Shown here in pieces: positions 26,524-42,624 of a DNA stretch of 64,000 nucleotides (positions are counted from its first letter, which is position 1; each line of letters opens with the position of its first letter). The position numbers and the translations under genes were made by a program. Source of the stretch: Octopus vulgaris (Eukaryota); assembly GCA_951406725.2 (NCBI GenBank), contig OX597815.1:135780001-135844000 (forward strand), read 5' to 3'. The notes below the pieces were generated by a model that made no database searches, was not told where the DNA came from, and worked only from the letters and a program-made list of their open reading frames with translations.

Positions 26524-26853
26524 GAAGGTGCGTCACTTAGTGGTTAGGGTATTCTGGTTCTGCTCAGGATCGTAAAGTTGTGAGTTCCATTCATGGCACG
26601 GTGTTGTGTCCTTGAGTAAGACACTTTATTTCACGTTTCTCCAGTCCACTCACCTGACAAAAATGAGTAGTACACGTATTTCAAGGAGTCAACGTTTCCG
26701 CATTCTGTATCATACTGAATCTCCCTGAGAAATACATTAAGGGTAGACGTGTCTGTTGTGTGCTCATCCACCTGCACGTTAATTTCACGAGCAGACTGCT
26801 CCCTTGATCGGATCATCACCTGGAACCCACATCGTCTTAACCGACGGAGTGCC
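26524..26853 (+). mobile_element. SINE family D
   Basis: cttagtggttagggtatt...gtgagttcc...aagacactttatttcacgtt...aaccgacggagtgc. Confidence 0.85.
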
Positions 26854-26855
26854 AG

Positions 26856-27368
<513 letters not shown>

Positions 27369-27596
27369 AATGGAGATAAAACTGATAACTGAAAAATATC
27401 AATTATTAAAAGTCAATGTTATCAATTTTTTCTCCATTTTCTTATTTTCCTTAAATATAGGTAAACTTTGGTTTATTCTTTTTCTTACCAATCATTCATG
27501 AGCATTAATACTAATACTCATAGTCACATATAAGTATTACACCAGTTAATTCATTGGATACAACCTCGAATTTACCTCACCTCTCTGTCTCTTCTC

Positions 27597-27675
<79 letters not shown>

Positions 27676-27814
27676 TAATGGTGTGTGTTCTGCCGCTGTT
27701 ACTGCTTTCGCCGTTACTCTTGTTTTCTTTATATATTTTTTTTTTGCAGTTGTTGCTGCTATTGTTACTTTCATCGTCGTTGCTACCGTCATTCCTTATA
27801 AAAGCGGTGTTGGT

Positions 27815-28290
27815 GTTAGTTAGTTAGTTAGTTAATTTGGCTCAAAAGCAAATAGCAAGGCCATGTAGGGGGACATGGAGTTAAGTACAGGGTGGTGTTC
27901 ATGTAAAGAGTTCAGGCCACTTGAGGTCCAGGGAGGCTTTGAACAAAGCGGTCGTCGGCATCTTCACCATCTCGTCTGGCAGTTTGTTCCACGGATCCGC
28001 AACCCGGACGGAGAAAGCTCCTCTCCTTCGATTGAGATGAAATCGTCGCAGGTAGAGCTTTTCGGAATGACCCCGCAGCCGACGCTCTGGAGCAGGAGTG
28101 AAGAACAGCTCTTTCTAGAGGTTACACTTTCCGCTTATGATGTTGTGGGCGAGAATGAGATCACCACGGCGGCGGCGTTTTTCAAGAGAATAAAGGTCGA
28201 GCGTCCTCAGCCTTTCTTCGTAGGACAAATTTTTGAGACCATGAACCATGCGGGTAGCCAGCTTCTGGACTCTTTCGAGATGCTGTTCCT
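27815..28290 (-). mobile_element. CR1-type LINE 3' end with (TAAC)n tail (second family)
   Basis: Minus strand [15 protein letters not shown]...RGHSEKLY...FSVRVADPWNKLPDE...FKASLD; tail aactaactaacta. Confidence 0.88.
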
Positions 28291-29324
28291 GCTAAAACAG
28301 TTAGTTGTTATTTTGGTGGCGATTGGCAGTAGCCCCCTCTCTTCATGGTAATTCTGCTCGTTTCTTTCTTTGACCTGTTATTGTTCTACCCTCTACAGTT
28401 TTTGTTGTTGTTGTTGTATTGGTAGGCACGTATTTCTTTCAGACGGCGGTAATACAGTGCTGGAGCCCGGTTATTCAATACCGCCGATTTGATCAGGAAT
28501 TATCTATTGAGAAAGCACTCTTCAAACATTGAAATTCTTTTACTAAACATTGCAAGTTAAATCCACCTTATGTTGCTTTTGGAGTTAAACAAGATGATTC
28601 CCATTCGCTCTTGTATCGTGTAGTTCACCATTAGAGAGGTCTGAAAACATTACGATTAAGATTAAATAAAGAATAAATAAATAAATATACGTCAAAATGT
28701 TAATATTAGAGAGGAAGACCATTGCTGAAAGTAAAGAAAAATATTCGGCTATTAGTGAAACTAGTAGTCGCTATATGGGCGGATAAGTTGCCGTTTTGTC
28801 CGATCTGAAGTGGTTACTGCATGAACAAGATAATCATAACCACAAGGGAAATGTGCGATGCAGTATGGATCGAAAACTCCATACGATTATTGAAATACTA
28901 TAAGCAATATTTTACATGTTTCACACGCATATGTATATGTGCTTGTAAATATAAATGTCTGTGTGTGTATAAACGTTGATGTTTATCTTCAAAAAACATC
29001 GTAATTTCTCAACAGCATTTTATCAAAGTTCGCAGAGAGACCTAGAAACCATTCGGAATAATGTGCAAACAAAACTATCGGGTGACCCGGTAGATTTTGT
29101 TTGAGGGTCCGAGGTTTCTTTGGGATAAGAGAAGATGGATAAAGAGATGTTGAGAAGTATTCAACTGAAACAGACAATTAAATATGTAGTAACGTTAGGT
29201 AAAGAATTTTGATGCACCAAACAGGTTTTCAGCTCTCTCTCTATCAGTGTTTCTTCAATCTCCCTCACATGCTTTCTTACTCATTTCCCATTATATATAT
29301 ATATATGGATAGATGGAATAAACA

Positions 29325-29922
29325 TTCTTTTCTACTCTAGGTACAAGGCCCGAAATTTTTGGAGAGAGGGTCAGTCGATTAGATCGACTCCAGTACGCAA
29401 CTGGTACTTAATTTATCCACACCGAAAGGATGAAAGGCAAAGTCGACATCGGCAGAATTTGAACTCAGAATGAAAAGACAGATGAAATACAGCTAAGCAT
29501 TTCGCGCGGCGTGCTAACGCTTCTTATTTCTTAATTGCCCACAAGGGGCTAAACACAGAGGAGTCAAACAGGGACAGATAAAGGGATTAAGTCGATTACA
29601 TGGTACTTAATTTATCGACCCCGAAAGGATGAAAGGCAAAGTCGACCTCGGCGGAATTTGAACTCAGAACGTTACGGCAGAGGAAATACCTATTTCTTTA
29701 CTACCCACAAGGGGCTAAATACAGAGGAGACAAACAAGGACAGGCAAACGGATTAAGTCGATTATATCGACCCCAGTGCGTAACTGGTACTTATTTAATC
29801 GACTCCGAAAGGATGAAAGGCAAAGTCGACCTCAGCGGAATTTGAACTCAGAACGTAACGGCAGACGAAATACGGCTACGCATTTCCCCCGGCGTGCTAA
29901 CGATTCTGCCATCTCGCCGCCT
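29325..29922 (-). mobile_element. Tandem array of three SINE family A units
   Basis: Three repeats of ccgaaaggatgaaaggcaaagtcgac..cggaatttgaactcagaa; the middle unit lacks the head. Confidence 0.9.
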
Positions 29923-30539
29923 TGACAGAAATAAATATTAGAAATTCTGTCGTTACTAAAATCAAGCATATAAACGTCACATTTTCGAAAAGTTATTACA
30001 CAGTTTCAAATCCTATGGAAGATACAAAATACGTAATTCTTTCATTGCTTCACATTTAAATTTGTTTATATTTCTAAAATATTCAGATTCCAAGCTCTAT
30101 AAGTTGGACTGATAAAGTTTTATAAGTTTCCAATATTTTTCAAATTTTATAAAGAATTAACAGTGAGAACATAAAATCTCAATATTTAATAATACAAACA
30201 AATAATTTAATCGTAAAACAATGCATTTTATTTGAAATCGTGTACTATTTAAAGCAATGAATTATGTACTATTTAAAGACGGAATATGTACTATTTAATG
30301 CCAGATTTCTAATATGGCATTAAGATTTCGTGTGGAATATAATTACCTCCCAGTATTGTTCTTTTTATAACTAAAGAGCATTTTAAGTATAAACTTGTTT
30401 TGAAAACATTATATACAAATTTAAATGTGAAACCATAAAAAAATTAATTATTTCCTACCTTCCAAATAATTATTTCAAAATATGATTTTTAAATGAAGGA
30501 ATTTAGTGACCTATTTCAATCTCAGACAACTCTTGTACC

Positions 30540-32200
30540 ATATTTATGTTCCAAAATCATTCCAGAATCTGCTTGACATCTCACTGCAGGATACCACGCA
30601 ACCTCCCAGAGAAGATTCTTGCTGCAGAATGATGCAAACAGTAACTATATTGGAAGAAGCTCGTATTTCCCAAACCTGATGAGGATCTTGTTTGCAATAA
30701 TTTTCATGGTTATTCACCAACAATTCTCAGTAATATTCACATAATCACAAGGACAGTATTACAGAAAGCTTATTGCATGAAGTACATCAAGAGTCAAAAA
30801 GGAACCTACCTAGATTTTATTTCGGATCTTTTCGGTTTGAACGGCAGCTTTTAACATAATTTTTAGGTAACTAAAAAATTTTAAACTTCGTATACTGGTA
30901 GAATGTGTTTATAAAACATCTTTTTCTCTTGGCTTTATTGAGAAAATTCAATAGTTTGTAAGATATTTATTGTTTTTTTCTTCAATTTCTGCAATTTCAA
31001 CCAATCACTGACGTCCATTGAAGTAAACAACATTCTGTGCCGTATGAATATATCCCTCGTTTAAGAAACAGATTGGGTTTATTTACATTTGTGAAGTAAA
31101 AAGATACCCTTCCCCCACCCCTTATCCTAACCCTAAAAGAGATTGAAATGCAATAGATCGATTCTAGGGTCATAATTATGGGTGACAATTTCATATGACA
31201 CCGCTAGAAAAACTGCCGTTCAAATCAAAAAGATCCTATATTTCTACAACGTACAACTAAACTTGGAGCCTCATTGAAAATATTGTATAGTTTAACAAGA
31301 TTCTTGAATAGCACTCTCCAACAGCAATTACAACTCTCAGTCGGGAGATAATAACCAGTTATGAAATGTAAAAACTGGAACGGAATTGGTTTTAGTTTCA
31401 GATAAAAGAAAATGGTTTTGCATGAATTAAGTAGGGGTAACATTTGATTTGGAAGGAATACTTTTCCTTGATGTTTCTAGTGGAGCAGAGTTTGATAAAA
31501 AGGAGTTTGCTATTCGAGTGGCCTTATCTACGTTTGTTTCAACATGATACATAGACGGCAATATTGCTCATTCTGCTTTTATGTTGTTAGTCAACTTAGC
31601 GTATCATGGCAGTCTTGTGTACAATTTTAGCAAAGTCATTAAGATGTTCTGAAGCAGACAAGGTTGAAAGTATGAGTGTACACTGTCTGAGTGACTTGCA
31701 TTTCGATCTTACCTTAGATCTCAGAGGCAGCATTAGCATCACTGGTGGAGTCGCAGTACTACACTCTGGTGAAACTCTACCAGTCATCCCAATTGGCACA
31801 TGAGTTCAGAACATGCCAAGACACCTGTATTTGGAGAGGAAATAATCTTTCACTAATGTAAAAATTTCACTTCATTGAGAGAGTTCATTTGCGAATGTTT
31901 CATTTCATTTAGAGGAAATGGTCGGCTATACTCTTTTTCATCGACATCATCATTATGAATGTTTGTCAAAAGTTTTCATTCCACGTTTTACCTTCATCCC
32001 AGAAGGCATACTTTTTCAGTTCAGCGCATTTCAAATTTCTATGATCGTCAGCAGGGCTTAGGGAAGTCTCTCAGGTTTGTTGAGATAAACGGACAAGTAT
32101 ATGTTTTTTTCTCGTGGCTGGCAATATTCCATGATCACCTATTAGACCAAGCAGGATCTTTTTATAAAAGCACCAAACTAAGAAATGATGAGTGCCCAAA
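30540..32200 (+). mobile_element. Decayed Helitron RepHel remnant (PIF1-like helicase)
   Basis: Relic motifs LFLDVSSG (about 31460), GNIAHSAF, LDLRGS..TGGVAVLHSG.TLPVIPIGT (compare GDFRQTLPVIPRGT), GKSLRFVEI.NGQVYV; many disablements. Confidence 0.75.
30824..31236. mobile_element. MITE with about 24-bp GG-starting TIRs and probable 8-bp TSD, nested in the Helitron
   Basis: ggatcttttcggtttgaacggcag / ctgccgttcaaatcaaaaagatcc; flanks tttatttc / tatatttc match 7/8. Confidence 0.88.
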
Positions 32201-32534
32201 ACATAGCGTTGAATGATAAAGATTTCTATTAGAATTTCTTCTGTTTTATGTTTCGCACACAAATCTAGTATTACCAGGAATTATATAAAGTATTTTCATA
32301 AGACATAAAATTTTCCTCAGACGACATAAAACTACAATTATCAATGAACATTGCCTCCAAAGCCTCACACGTCACAGAAACCTTCATTTAAAAATCTGCA
32401 TTACGACGGTAAATATTTCCAAATATAATAATATTCAAATGTATTGTATGAAAACTTGCTATAGGCAAGTCGTTAAAGTTTGACAACAAAAATATATATT
32501 TCACTCAAGCAACCACATGTAATCCTGCTGGTAC

Positions 32535-32800
32535 ATACATACATACATATGATGGTTGTCTACTCCTCATACAGGGTCTGACCACCTCTTGTACATACAC
32601 TTTAGATCTATCATGACGTCTGATGTGGCTTTTAAAACCAGACAATGTCTTCAAAAGGCACCCACATAAATTGCATACCTGCATTGGACAACCAAGTGCT
32701 GCATTTAAGTTCTGATCTTCGTGGATATTAAAATGTCTTTTGAGGCCTCCATTAGATTTGCAGAGCTTGTGACATACATGACATCGACATGCATGTACAG
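32535..32800 (-). mobile_element. Probable LINE (RTE-type) 3' end with two C2H2-like zinc fingers
   Basis: CHVCHKLCKSNGGLKRHFNIH and CNLCGCLLKTLSGFKSHIRRH immediately before a microsatellite tail. Confidence 0.6.
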
Positions 32801-32945
32801 ATAGATAAGCAGAGTAGAAGTAGGTAGAAGTTCGGTTTTTCATGGGTCCGCAAATGAGATTTTTGAGCCCAACAAATGAAAGGTATGATCTGTCACAAAT
32901 TGTGCGCACAAAAAAGGTGGTTGAGATTCATTTTCTCGTTGATTG

Positions 32946-33005
<60 letters not shown>

Positions 33006-33219
33006 CATGTGTGTGGTGTATATGTATGTATGCACGTTCGTATGTTTCCATAAATAGATGGATAAACTGATAATTGATAAGTATGAGTGAATAAAATCTG
33101 GGGTTGTTCAGAGAAAAATAGTAAGGGCTTTTCAGTGAAATACTCGTAGTATTAATGATGAGTGCAGTCATGTTATAAAACATATAAGCATTACATATGT
33201 GTACGTATAAGATATCATT

Positions 33220-33256
<37 letters not shown>

Positions 33257-33257
<1 letters not shown>

Positions 33258-33447
33258 TGAAGACCACTTGCATTTTTTTCCCTCTGTCCTCCCACCTCGG
33301 GATCTTTCTTTCTCCTTGTTTCCGACGAAGAGCTCCGCTCGAAACGTCATACCCTCCTTCTTCTCTTCTTTCCCGAGCGCCCAATAATACTTTATTTGTT
33401 CCACATCCTCGCGTTGTTGTCTTTTTGTTTTCTTGTTTGGATTAACT
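33257..33447 (+). mobile_element. (TA)n-flanked short element with minimal hammerhead motif (family H2)
   Basis: HHR at 33318-33352: gttt-CCGACGA-a-GAGC-tcc-GCTC-GAAA-cg-TC-atac; homologous to 7667-7823. End fragments also occur at about 10455-10500 and 42708-42750. Confidence 0.78.
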
Positions 33448-33468
33448 TTATATATATATGTATGTATG

Positions 33469-33582
<114 letters not shown>

Positions 33583-33884
33583 AGAGAGAGAGGGAGAGAT
33601 TTAACATGGATAAAGAGTCAGCAATATTGCTAGTTGCTCTTAACGAGATTGGATATAAGTGCATTGAGTTGGAACGAATACTACAAAGATTATTTTCCAA
33701 CACTGATGATTCTGACAATCAATAGTACTGAAATGCTACAACGCGGGGGATCAGAGTAACTACTGTGGGGAGTCTAAGATTTAATTAATGATTATTGCTA
33801 TTAAGTTTCAAGGCTGCATTACATTGTTCCCATATGTTATATATATATACGCAAAATTCATATACTCACACACTCTGATGAGAT

Positions 33885-33923
<39 letters not shown>

Positions 33924-34068
33924 GATATAGATATATATACTTATAAATTGAGGATGTAATCATTAACATGATTATATTAGGGGCAAATTGTACCGATATA
34001 TATAAGCACATGAATATTCGTATATATACGAATGCATATTTATATATACATGTATGTAGGTGTATGAC

Positions 34069-34132
<64 letters not shown>

Positions 34133-35274
34133 ACATATGAGAGAGAGAGAGAAAGTGAGAAGGAGGGAGAGACGTTTGAGTAAACAAATGGGGTGAATTG
34201 CTTGGTACTTGGAAATACGTTTGAGTCTAATTGTTTACACCGAGTTTGATTGTTTACTCTGGGTTTCTACGAGTAAATCTTCAAACGTCAAAACCTTATT
34301 ACCTTCTTCAAAGTGGAAGAGAACGTCATACTACAATATCACCGTATCTTCCAGTCCAGCTCGAAAAAAATTTCCCTCCTAAAAAAATTTTACCAGGGAG
34401 CAGGAAACGAAAAGCTTTAAAAACAGTAGAAATGAGTGAATAAGAGTCGAAGTAGGAGAGGGGAAAAGAAAAGGATAAAATAAAATAGAGAAGGACCAGT
34501 ATTTATTTCTCTTTATCTTCTTTTTTCGCTTTTTTTTTATATATATATAATTTCCTATCTCCCTATTTATATCTCTATCTATGAAATATATGTATCTATC
34601 TATTTGTCCATCTATCATTCTCTCTCCCTTCTGTGTCTGTTTGTCTGTCTGTATGTCTGTGTATGAAAAAAAAACGCCTCTCTTCCTTTTTCATTCACAA
34701 GTACCCCCAGCAACTTCAGTACAGATCAGTACATTTGCGGGTATGCGGGTATGTATACTGACTTATGTCATTAGCCTTGTTGTTTTGCACTGTACACACA
34801 CATAATATACACGCATACAGTTACACACACATAAATATATATGAAATTTATTTCTACATTCTCTATTATTATGATATTTGTTGCTATTATTGTTGATATT
34901 TAACATTGTTTACTGTCATTGCTATAATTGTTGTTCTCAGAAAATATTATTGTTATTATTGTTGCCGCTATAGCTGTTGTCGTAGTTGTTTTAATGGTAG
35001 AGTCCCATAATCATTACAGTACCGTGCGATAAAATGTTATGCAATATTTAATTACGTTTATTTACATTAAGTTTTTTCAATCCCATTCAACTTTCCCCTT
35101 TTTATATCGTACTCGCAAGGGTATATGAGTGTCGCTAACAGTTCAATAAAAGAAAATTCATTATCGAACTTAGCATGTAACTTCATTCAATTTCCTCAAA
35201 ATCCACAAGCTTATAAATGTGTAATCCTTGCGCCAATGTTTGATATTCTTTGTCGTTCTTGTTATTGGTGGTGA

Positions 35275-35465
35275 TGTTATTTACCCCAGTTCAGCATTGA
35301 GAGAACAGACCTATGACAAAAATTCATCCCAATAATGACCCAAACATCTTTTTCTTAGTTACGTAGGACCTCACGATTTAATGCCTTTGTCTTCATTTAG
35401 TATTCACATAGTGGTTTGAGGGAGATTCGGCTGTTGTTTAAAGTAGGGCGAAGGACTACGTATAG
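35275..35465 (+). mobile_element. Old dispersed repeat family F (SINE-like)
   Basis: Recurring motifs aaccccagg...cagacctatgatcaaa and gagatttggctgctatttctagca. Copies at about 36450, 36675, 46595, 47040, 47520 and 48030 (+) and 12205, 25895 (-). Confidence 0.7.
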
Positions 35466-35686
35466 GTTAGTTTGGGGTCAGTTTAATCGACAAATTTTGC
35501 AGCAGTCTTTCCTATGTTAGAAAAAGTATTGTGGTTATTCTTTCTACTATAGGACTGAAATTTTAAAGGAGAGGATTAGTCGATTACATCGCCCTAGTGC
35601 TCAATTGGTATTTATTTCATCGACCCCGAAAGGTTGAAAGGCATTGTCAACCTCAGCAGAATTTATTACTATTATTATTGAACTGA

Positions 35687-35730
<44 letters not shown>

Positions 35731-37372
35731 CATGGATGGTGGAAAACGACAGTTTAAAAGAATCGCTGGAGCGTCTGTAAAAAATGCTTTACGTTGTTTT
35801 GTTTTTGCTCCTTACGTTCAAATCCTGCAGATGTCAAATTTTTCATTTATATTTCCAGGATAGATAAAATACAGAAATAGTCTCAGTATTAGGGTTAATG
35901 CTATCGATTAATCCCTTCCCCTGTGCCTTAATCAGAAACAACTATTATTAACGATGATCATGGAGAAGGTGGCGTTGTTTTAAACGACATTGGATGGCAG
36001 AATTAGGTTACCTTCCGGAATTTAGTTACGCACTATTAGTTTGCGAGTTCAAACACTACTGCAGTAAAAAAAGACAAAGTGCCTTAATCGATTATATATA
36101 TACATATATATATATATACACTCACATCAAAAATACAATTAAAACAACCTTGGCCTTATCTGAGTTCAGAATTATTATGTTTGTCGTTGTTGACCTCATC
36201 GAACGGAACTTATCAATGATATTTCAGCTTTGACTGTTCTTTATTTTGCCTAAGTGTATCGAACCCAGGAATATATAATCCCAGTCAACTCACACCCTAC
36301 GTACTCAAACAATAGGTTATGATTTCTGGGAACAGGCTAAGAACACCGTAGAGGTTCCCTTCTTTACTGTTTTTCACATGCAACATGTAAACATGGTGAC
36401 ACATATCTATGTATATTTGTATTTTTGTATGCATGTGCTTGTGTATCGCTGTTGTTCTTAACCCCAGCTCATTCATGTTCGAGCAAACCTATAATCTTAG
36501 AGGTTCCAGTCTTGACCTTTCCATCTGGCTGTTTTGATTTCCAAACATTATTTATTAACAAATCATACTACATAATTCAAAGGGTCCTTTCTGTTTTACA
36601 CTGAAAAGCTATTTAGATGCCTTTTCTAATAGCACTTAATGTCGCAGACTGTCCATACTTGGCTGGTAATGTTGTTGTTCTGTAGATCAGATCAGCTCTA
36701 CTTGGGGTAGACATATGATCAAAGATATCTCAAATGTGATGAGCGCGTCATATTTTTTTTTTGTTATCAGCATTTGTATTTCAGACATAGCGTGTCCGGA
36801 CTACATTATGCAAGGCGTTATTTTTGTTGTGAATTGGGGTTCATCATTTCATGGAGATTTGTCTATCACTTCTAGCAGACGGAGCCACGTTGGTGGGAGG
36901 ATCTCTGGGGTACGTAGGATGTCGAACAGTAGAAATTATTATATGCAGTTTCATTACATTTAAGTTCATTCTATTGTGTTCCGCTTCCAAGTTTCTGTGA
37001 GCTGAACTTGCATCTCACCTCATTTCTGCTAGTAGTCAGTGAAGTAAGTGCGGATAAAGTGTTCAGAGTTCTATTAGGATTAACTCTCCATCCTTAGCCC
37101 TTTTGTATTGCCACTCACTCATTGCTGGATTAGCCGAGTCGACAGAGACTCAATGACTTACAGGAATTCTTTCTAATATCTGCTTTCTAAGGATGAATCC
37201 CACCGTCATGACCTTCGACTTTCATCACACGGGGGTCAAAAGATTAGGTACCAGACATGTACAGAAGGCAATGGTAGTAATTAAGCCCCCTACATTCAAA
37301 AGAGCTTCAATTCCGACTTAATTACAAATCAATAAACTTGCAATACGATCCACAATGTATTGAGATCATATA

Positions 37373-37449
<77 letters not shown>

Positions 37450-37679
37450 GCATGTGTGTGTGTATATTTATATATCTATGTGCGTGTGTGTATATATGTT
37501 ATATATGTAGTGTATCTATGTATTTAAGTATGTATGTATATTGGCCATGGTTGCTTGGCACCCGCTTCTTGTTTACTTTATTCTTACATAGCGGTTCGGC
37601 ATGAAAAGGCCAATAGAATAAATAACAGGTTTAGGAAAATATTAATTATTACTAGGATCGATTTATAGGACTACATGCT

Positions 37680-38866
<1,187 letters not shown>

Positions 38867-38867
38867 A

Positions 38868-39190
38868 TCCCAGTAATGCCATCACGCTTCAGGACCAGCT
38901 TCTGCAACAGCCTAGGTTTCAAGGGCCCACAGCTTTTTAATATTCTCCCAAAGAGTCTGAGGAACTTGCACAAAGTAGATGTAGCGGTTTTTAAATCAAA
39001 GCTGGATATCTTCCTATCGAGAGTCCCAGATGTACCTACCTCACGGCAAGAGGTGCAAATGAGAGTAGCTATATCAAACTCCATTCTTCACCAAGTGCCA
39101 CATATTAGAGGAGGTTCTTCGTAATAACAGTATAGCACAAGATGGCTGTGCATCAGCATGGCCGCAGCTCTGAGCTGAAATAAGAAAAAA
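38868..39190 (+). mobile_element. 3' end of CR1/L2-group LINE, near-identical to 41957-42278
   Basis: [52 protein letters not shown]. Confidence 0.9.
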
Positions 39191-39210
39191 TATATATAAA
39201 TGTATACAAA

Positions 39211-39296
<86 letters not shown>

Positions 39297-39309
39297 TATA
39301 TATACATAT

Positions 39310-39374
<65 letters not shown>

Positions 39375-39550
39375 ATGCATATATATATACATATATAGAC
39401 ATATATATATGCATATATATATACATATATAGACATATATATATCACATATATATATACACACATATATATATATATATACATATATAGACATATATATA
39501 TATGCATATATATATACATATATAGACATATATATATCACATATATATAT

Positions 39551-39675
<125 letters not shown>

Positions 39676-39755
39676 AATTGTAATATACACATGTATATAA
39701 TTATATTAAGGGAGCATCATCGAAGTGTCGATACCTTGAAGGTATCAGAAGTGTG

Positions 39756-40770
39756 CTAGAGATAGATCTTTTTCGCCCTTCTCTCCAATAACATAATTAT
39801 AATTATAAATATAAGTATGTTGTGGTCCGAAACTAATGTCGGTATCACTTTCACATTTTGGACAATGTCCACATTGTTTGTGAAGCAGAGATCCAAAATG
39901 TTATTTACCCTAGTTGGTTTGAGCACAACTTGCTCCATGAATGGGGCACTGATGGGGTTGAGCAGGGACTCCACCTTTGCTTGTTTACAATGAGTCATTC
40001 GTGAGAGCATGAGGCCTTCAGGCCATTTGGCATTGGAGAAATTGCTCACATGGTGATCCAGTTTCATGAGGATTTCTTTAATTCTTGTGAAGCAATCTCC
40101 AAACTTGCCTATGTGGTTTGGAGCATCCGATGGGTGAATTTTATATTGTGTATTCTTATATATACTATTAGAGTGTCACATACTGAATTTGAGTATGACA
40201 GTAAGAACTGAGGCGTGAGGTCTTCAGGGATGTATATAACAACTCCACCATGGTTCATTTCCCTTCTGTCTGTTCGCAGTATGGTATATTTTGGTACGTG
40301 TGATTCTGCATCCTCTATACCAGGACTCAGATGAGTTTCCATGAGTGCTATGCATAGGGCTTGATTGCATATAGCAAGGTTTCTCAGGAAAAAAATGTGC
40401 TTTTGTTGTTGTGATGTAACAGGCCCCCGATATTTAGTAAAAATATTGGCGTGACAACTGTGCAGGCATTAGGGGAGGCCATTCCGTGTCTGTTGATTGT
40501 GGTGGCCTTGCGCAGTGGAGGGCAAGGTTCCTTGTTTGGGTTTGAGGTACCCAGATCGGCTGCTGCACAATCTTTACGCCATGCACAAAAAAGACTCTTG
40601 CTCAGCTGCTGCCTTGCACAAAACATCTCAAGACCGAACTGCATTTATATATTTTTTCTTTGGAGACGACTAGTGCCTTTCCTCAGGGAAGTATTTCTCC
40701 TTAAGGCCCCAGTAGTTTTGGTGTGGTCTTCAGTGAGCAAACCGGCAGTGAAAGACGCTTCTGGTTTTTC
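39756..40770 (-). mobile_element. CR1/L2-group LINE 5' portion: APE endonuclease plus upstream region, decayed
   Basis: LLNIGGL, METHL, ILRTDR...GGVVIYI, PTRVNNILDLCFTN, SDHN. Confidence 0.88.
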
Positions 40771-40774
40771 CTTA

Positions 40775-40812
<38 letters not shown>

Positions 40813-40924
40813 GTGTATATATGTATATATAAATATATATATACATATATATATGTATATGTATATATATGTATAAATATAAACATATATATATATGTAT
40901 ATATGAATATACATATGTATATAA

Positions 40925-41001
<77 letters not shown>

Positions 41002-41183
41002 AATATATATATATGTATATATATCAATATGTATATATATATATACACATATGTATATCTACATAAACATTTATATAAATATATATATATCTATATAAAT
41101 ATACATAAATATTTATATGTATTTATATATAAATACATATTTAAATATATGTATATATGAATATATATATGTATGTGTATATA

Positions 41184-41590
41184 CTCTTTTACTCTCTTTT
41201 ACTTGTTTCAGTCATTTGACTGCGGCCATGCTGGATCACCGCCTTTTTTTAGTCGAGCAAATCGACCCCGGGACTTATTCCTTTTGTAAGCCCAGTACTT
41301 ATTCTATCGGTCTCTTTTTGCCGAACCGCTAAGTGACGGGGACGTAAACACACCAGCATCGGTTGTCAAGCAATGCTAGGGGGACAAACGCAGACACACA
41401 AACACACACACACATACATATATATATATACATATATACGACAGGCTTCTTTCAGTTTCCGTCTACCAAATCCACTCACAAGGCATTGGTCGGCCCGGGG
41501 CTATAGCAGAAGACACTTGCCCAAGATGCCACGCAGTGGGACTGAACCCGGAACTATGTGGTTGGTTAGCAAGCTACTTACCACACAGCC
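41184..41590 (-). mobile_element. SINE family B (young copy)
   Basis: High similarity to the reverse complement of 22912-23312. Confidence 0.92.
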
Positions 41591-41674
41591 ATTTATAAAT
41601 ACATATATATATAGATAAAAAACAAATGAAAGATAGAAGATGGAATATACGAGTATTTATTATTATATATATAT

Positions 41675-42280
41675 CAGCCGCCTGGATTACTGCTCATTGC
41701 TATGGTCACCCACCAGTGTAAAATTAACAGCGGACCTTGAAGCAATCCAGGGAAGATTCACAAAGAAGATCGTCTCTTTGCAACAGCTCAGCTACTGGGA
41801 AAGGTTGAAACAGCTAAGACTCTACTCCCTGGAGAGAAGACAGGAGAGGTATGCAGTAATATATGTCTGGAAGATCCTGGAAGGAATTGTGCCAAATGTT
41901 GGCATTGTAAGCTACACCAATGCTAGAACGGGACGACACTGCATAGTGCCAAAGATCCCAGCAATGCCATCACGCTTCAGGACCAGCTTCTGCAACAGCC
42001 TGGGTTTCAAGGGCCCACAGCGTTTTAATATTCTCCCAAAGAGTCTGAGGAACTTGCACAAAGTAGATGTAGCGGTTTTTAAATCAAAGCTGGACATCTT
42101 CCTGTCGAGAGTCCCAGATGAACCTACCTCACGGCAAGAGGTGCAAATGAGAGTAGCTATATCAAACTCCATTCTTCACCAAGTGCCACATATTAGAGAG
42201 GTTCTTCGCAATAACAGTGTAGCACAAAACGGTGGTGCATCAGCATGGCCGCTGCTCTGAGCTGAAACTAGAGAAAAATA
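41675..42280 (+). mobile_element. CR1/L2-group LINE: RT C-terminus and 3' end
   Basis: SRLDYCSLLWSP, LEAIQGRFTK, LSYWERLKQLRLYSLERRQER; same family as 1563-2490. Confidence 0.92.
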
Positions 42281-42295
42281 TATATATATTTTAAC

Positions 42296-42326
<31 letters not shown>

Positions 42327-42546
42327 TAAATAAACTTAGATAAACTTAGATAAACTTTGATATGTTTCGACCATAGATTGGTCCAGGCCATGTCTAACTT
42401 AATAGCACCACCTGATAGGATTATTCGAATCCTGTTTAAGTCAAATTTTGTTTATGGTCCATTCAAGTAGTGAGTTCTTGTTGGGTGAGTTGTATCCAAT
42501 TATGGGTGGCTTATCTCGTATTCTTTGAAGGAATCTATCCAGACTC

Positions 42547-42624
<78 letters not shown>

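Noticed and set aside
33698-33745. CTGATGA...GAAA...TA hammerhead candidate
   Set aside because: Stems I and II do not pair.
34150-34290. Short inverted repeats gacgtttga/tcaaacgtc and gagtaaacaa/ttgtttactc
   Set aside because: Too short and interleaved to define an element or ribozyme.
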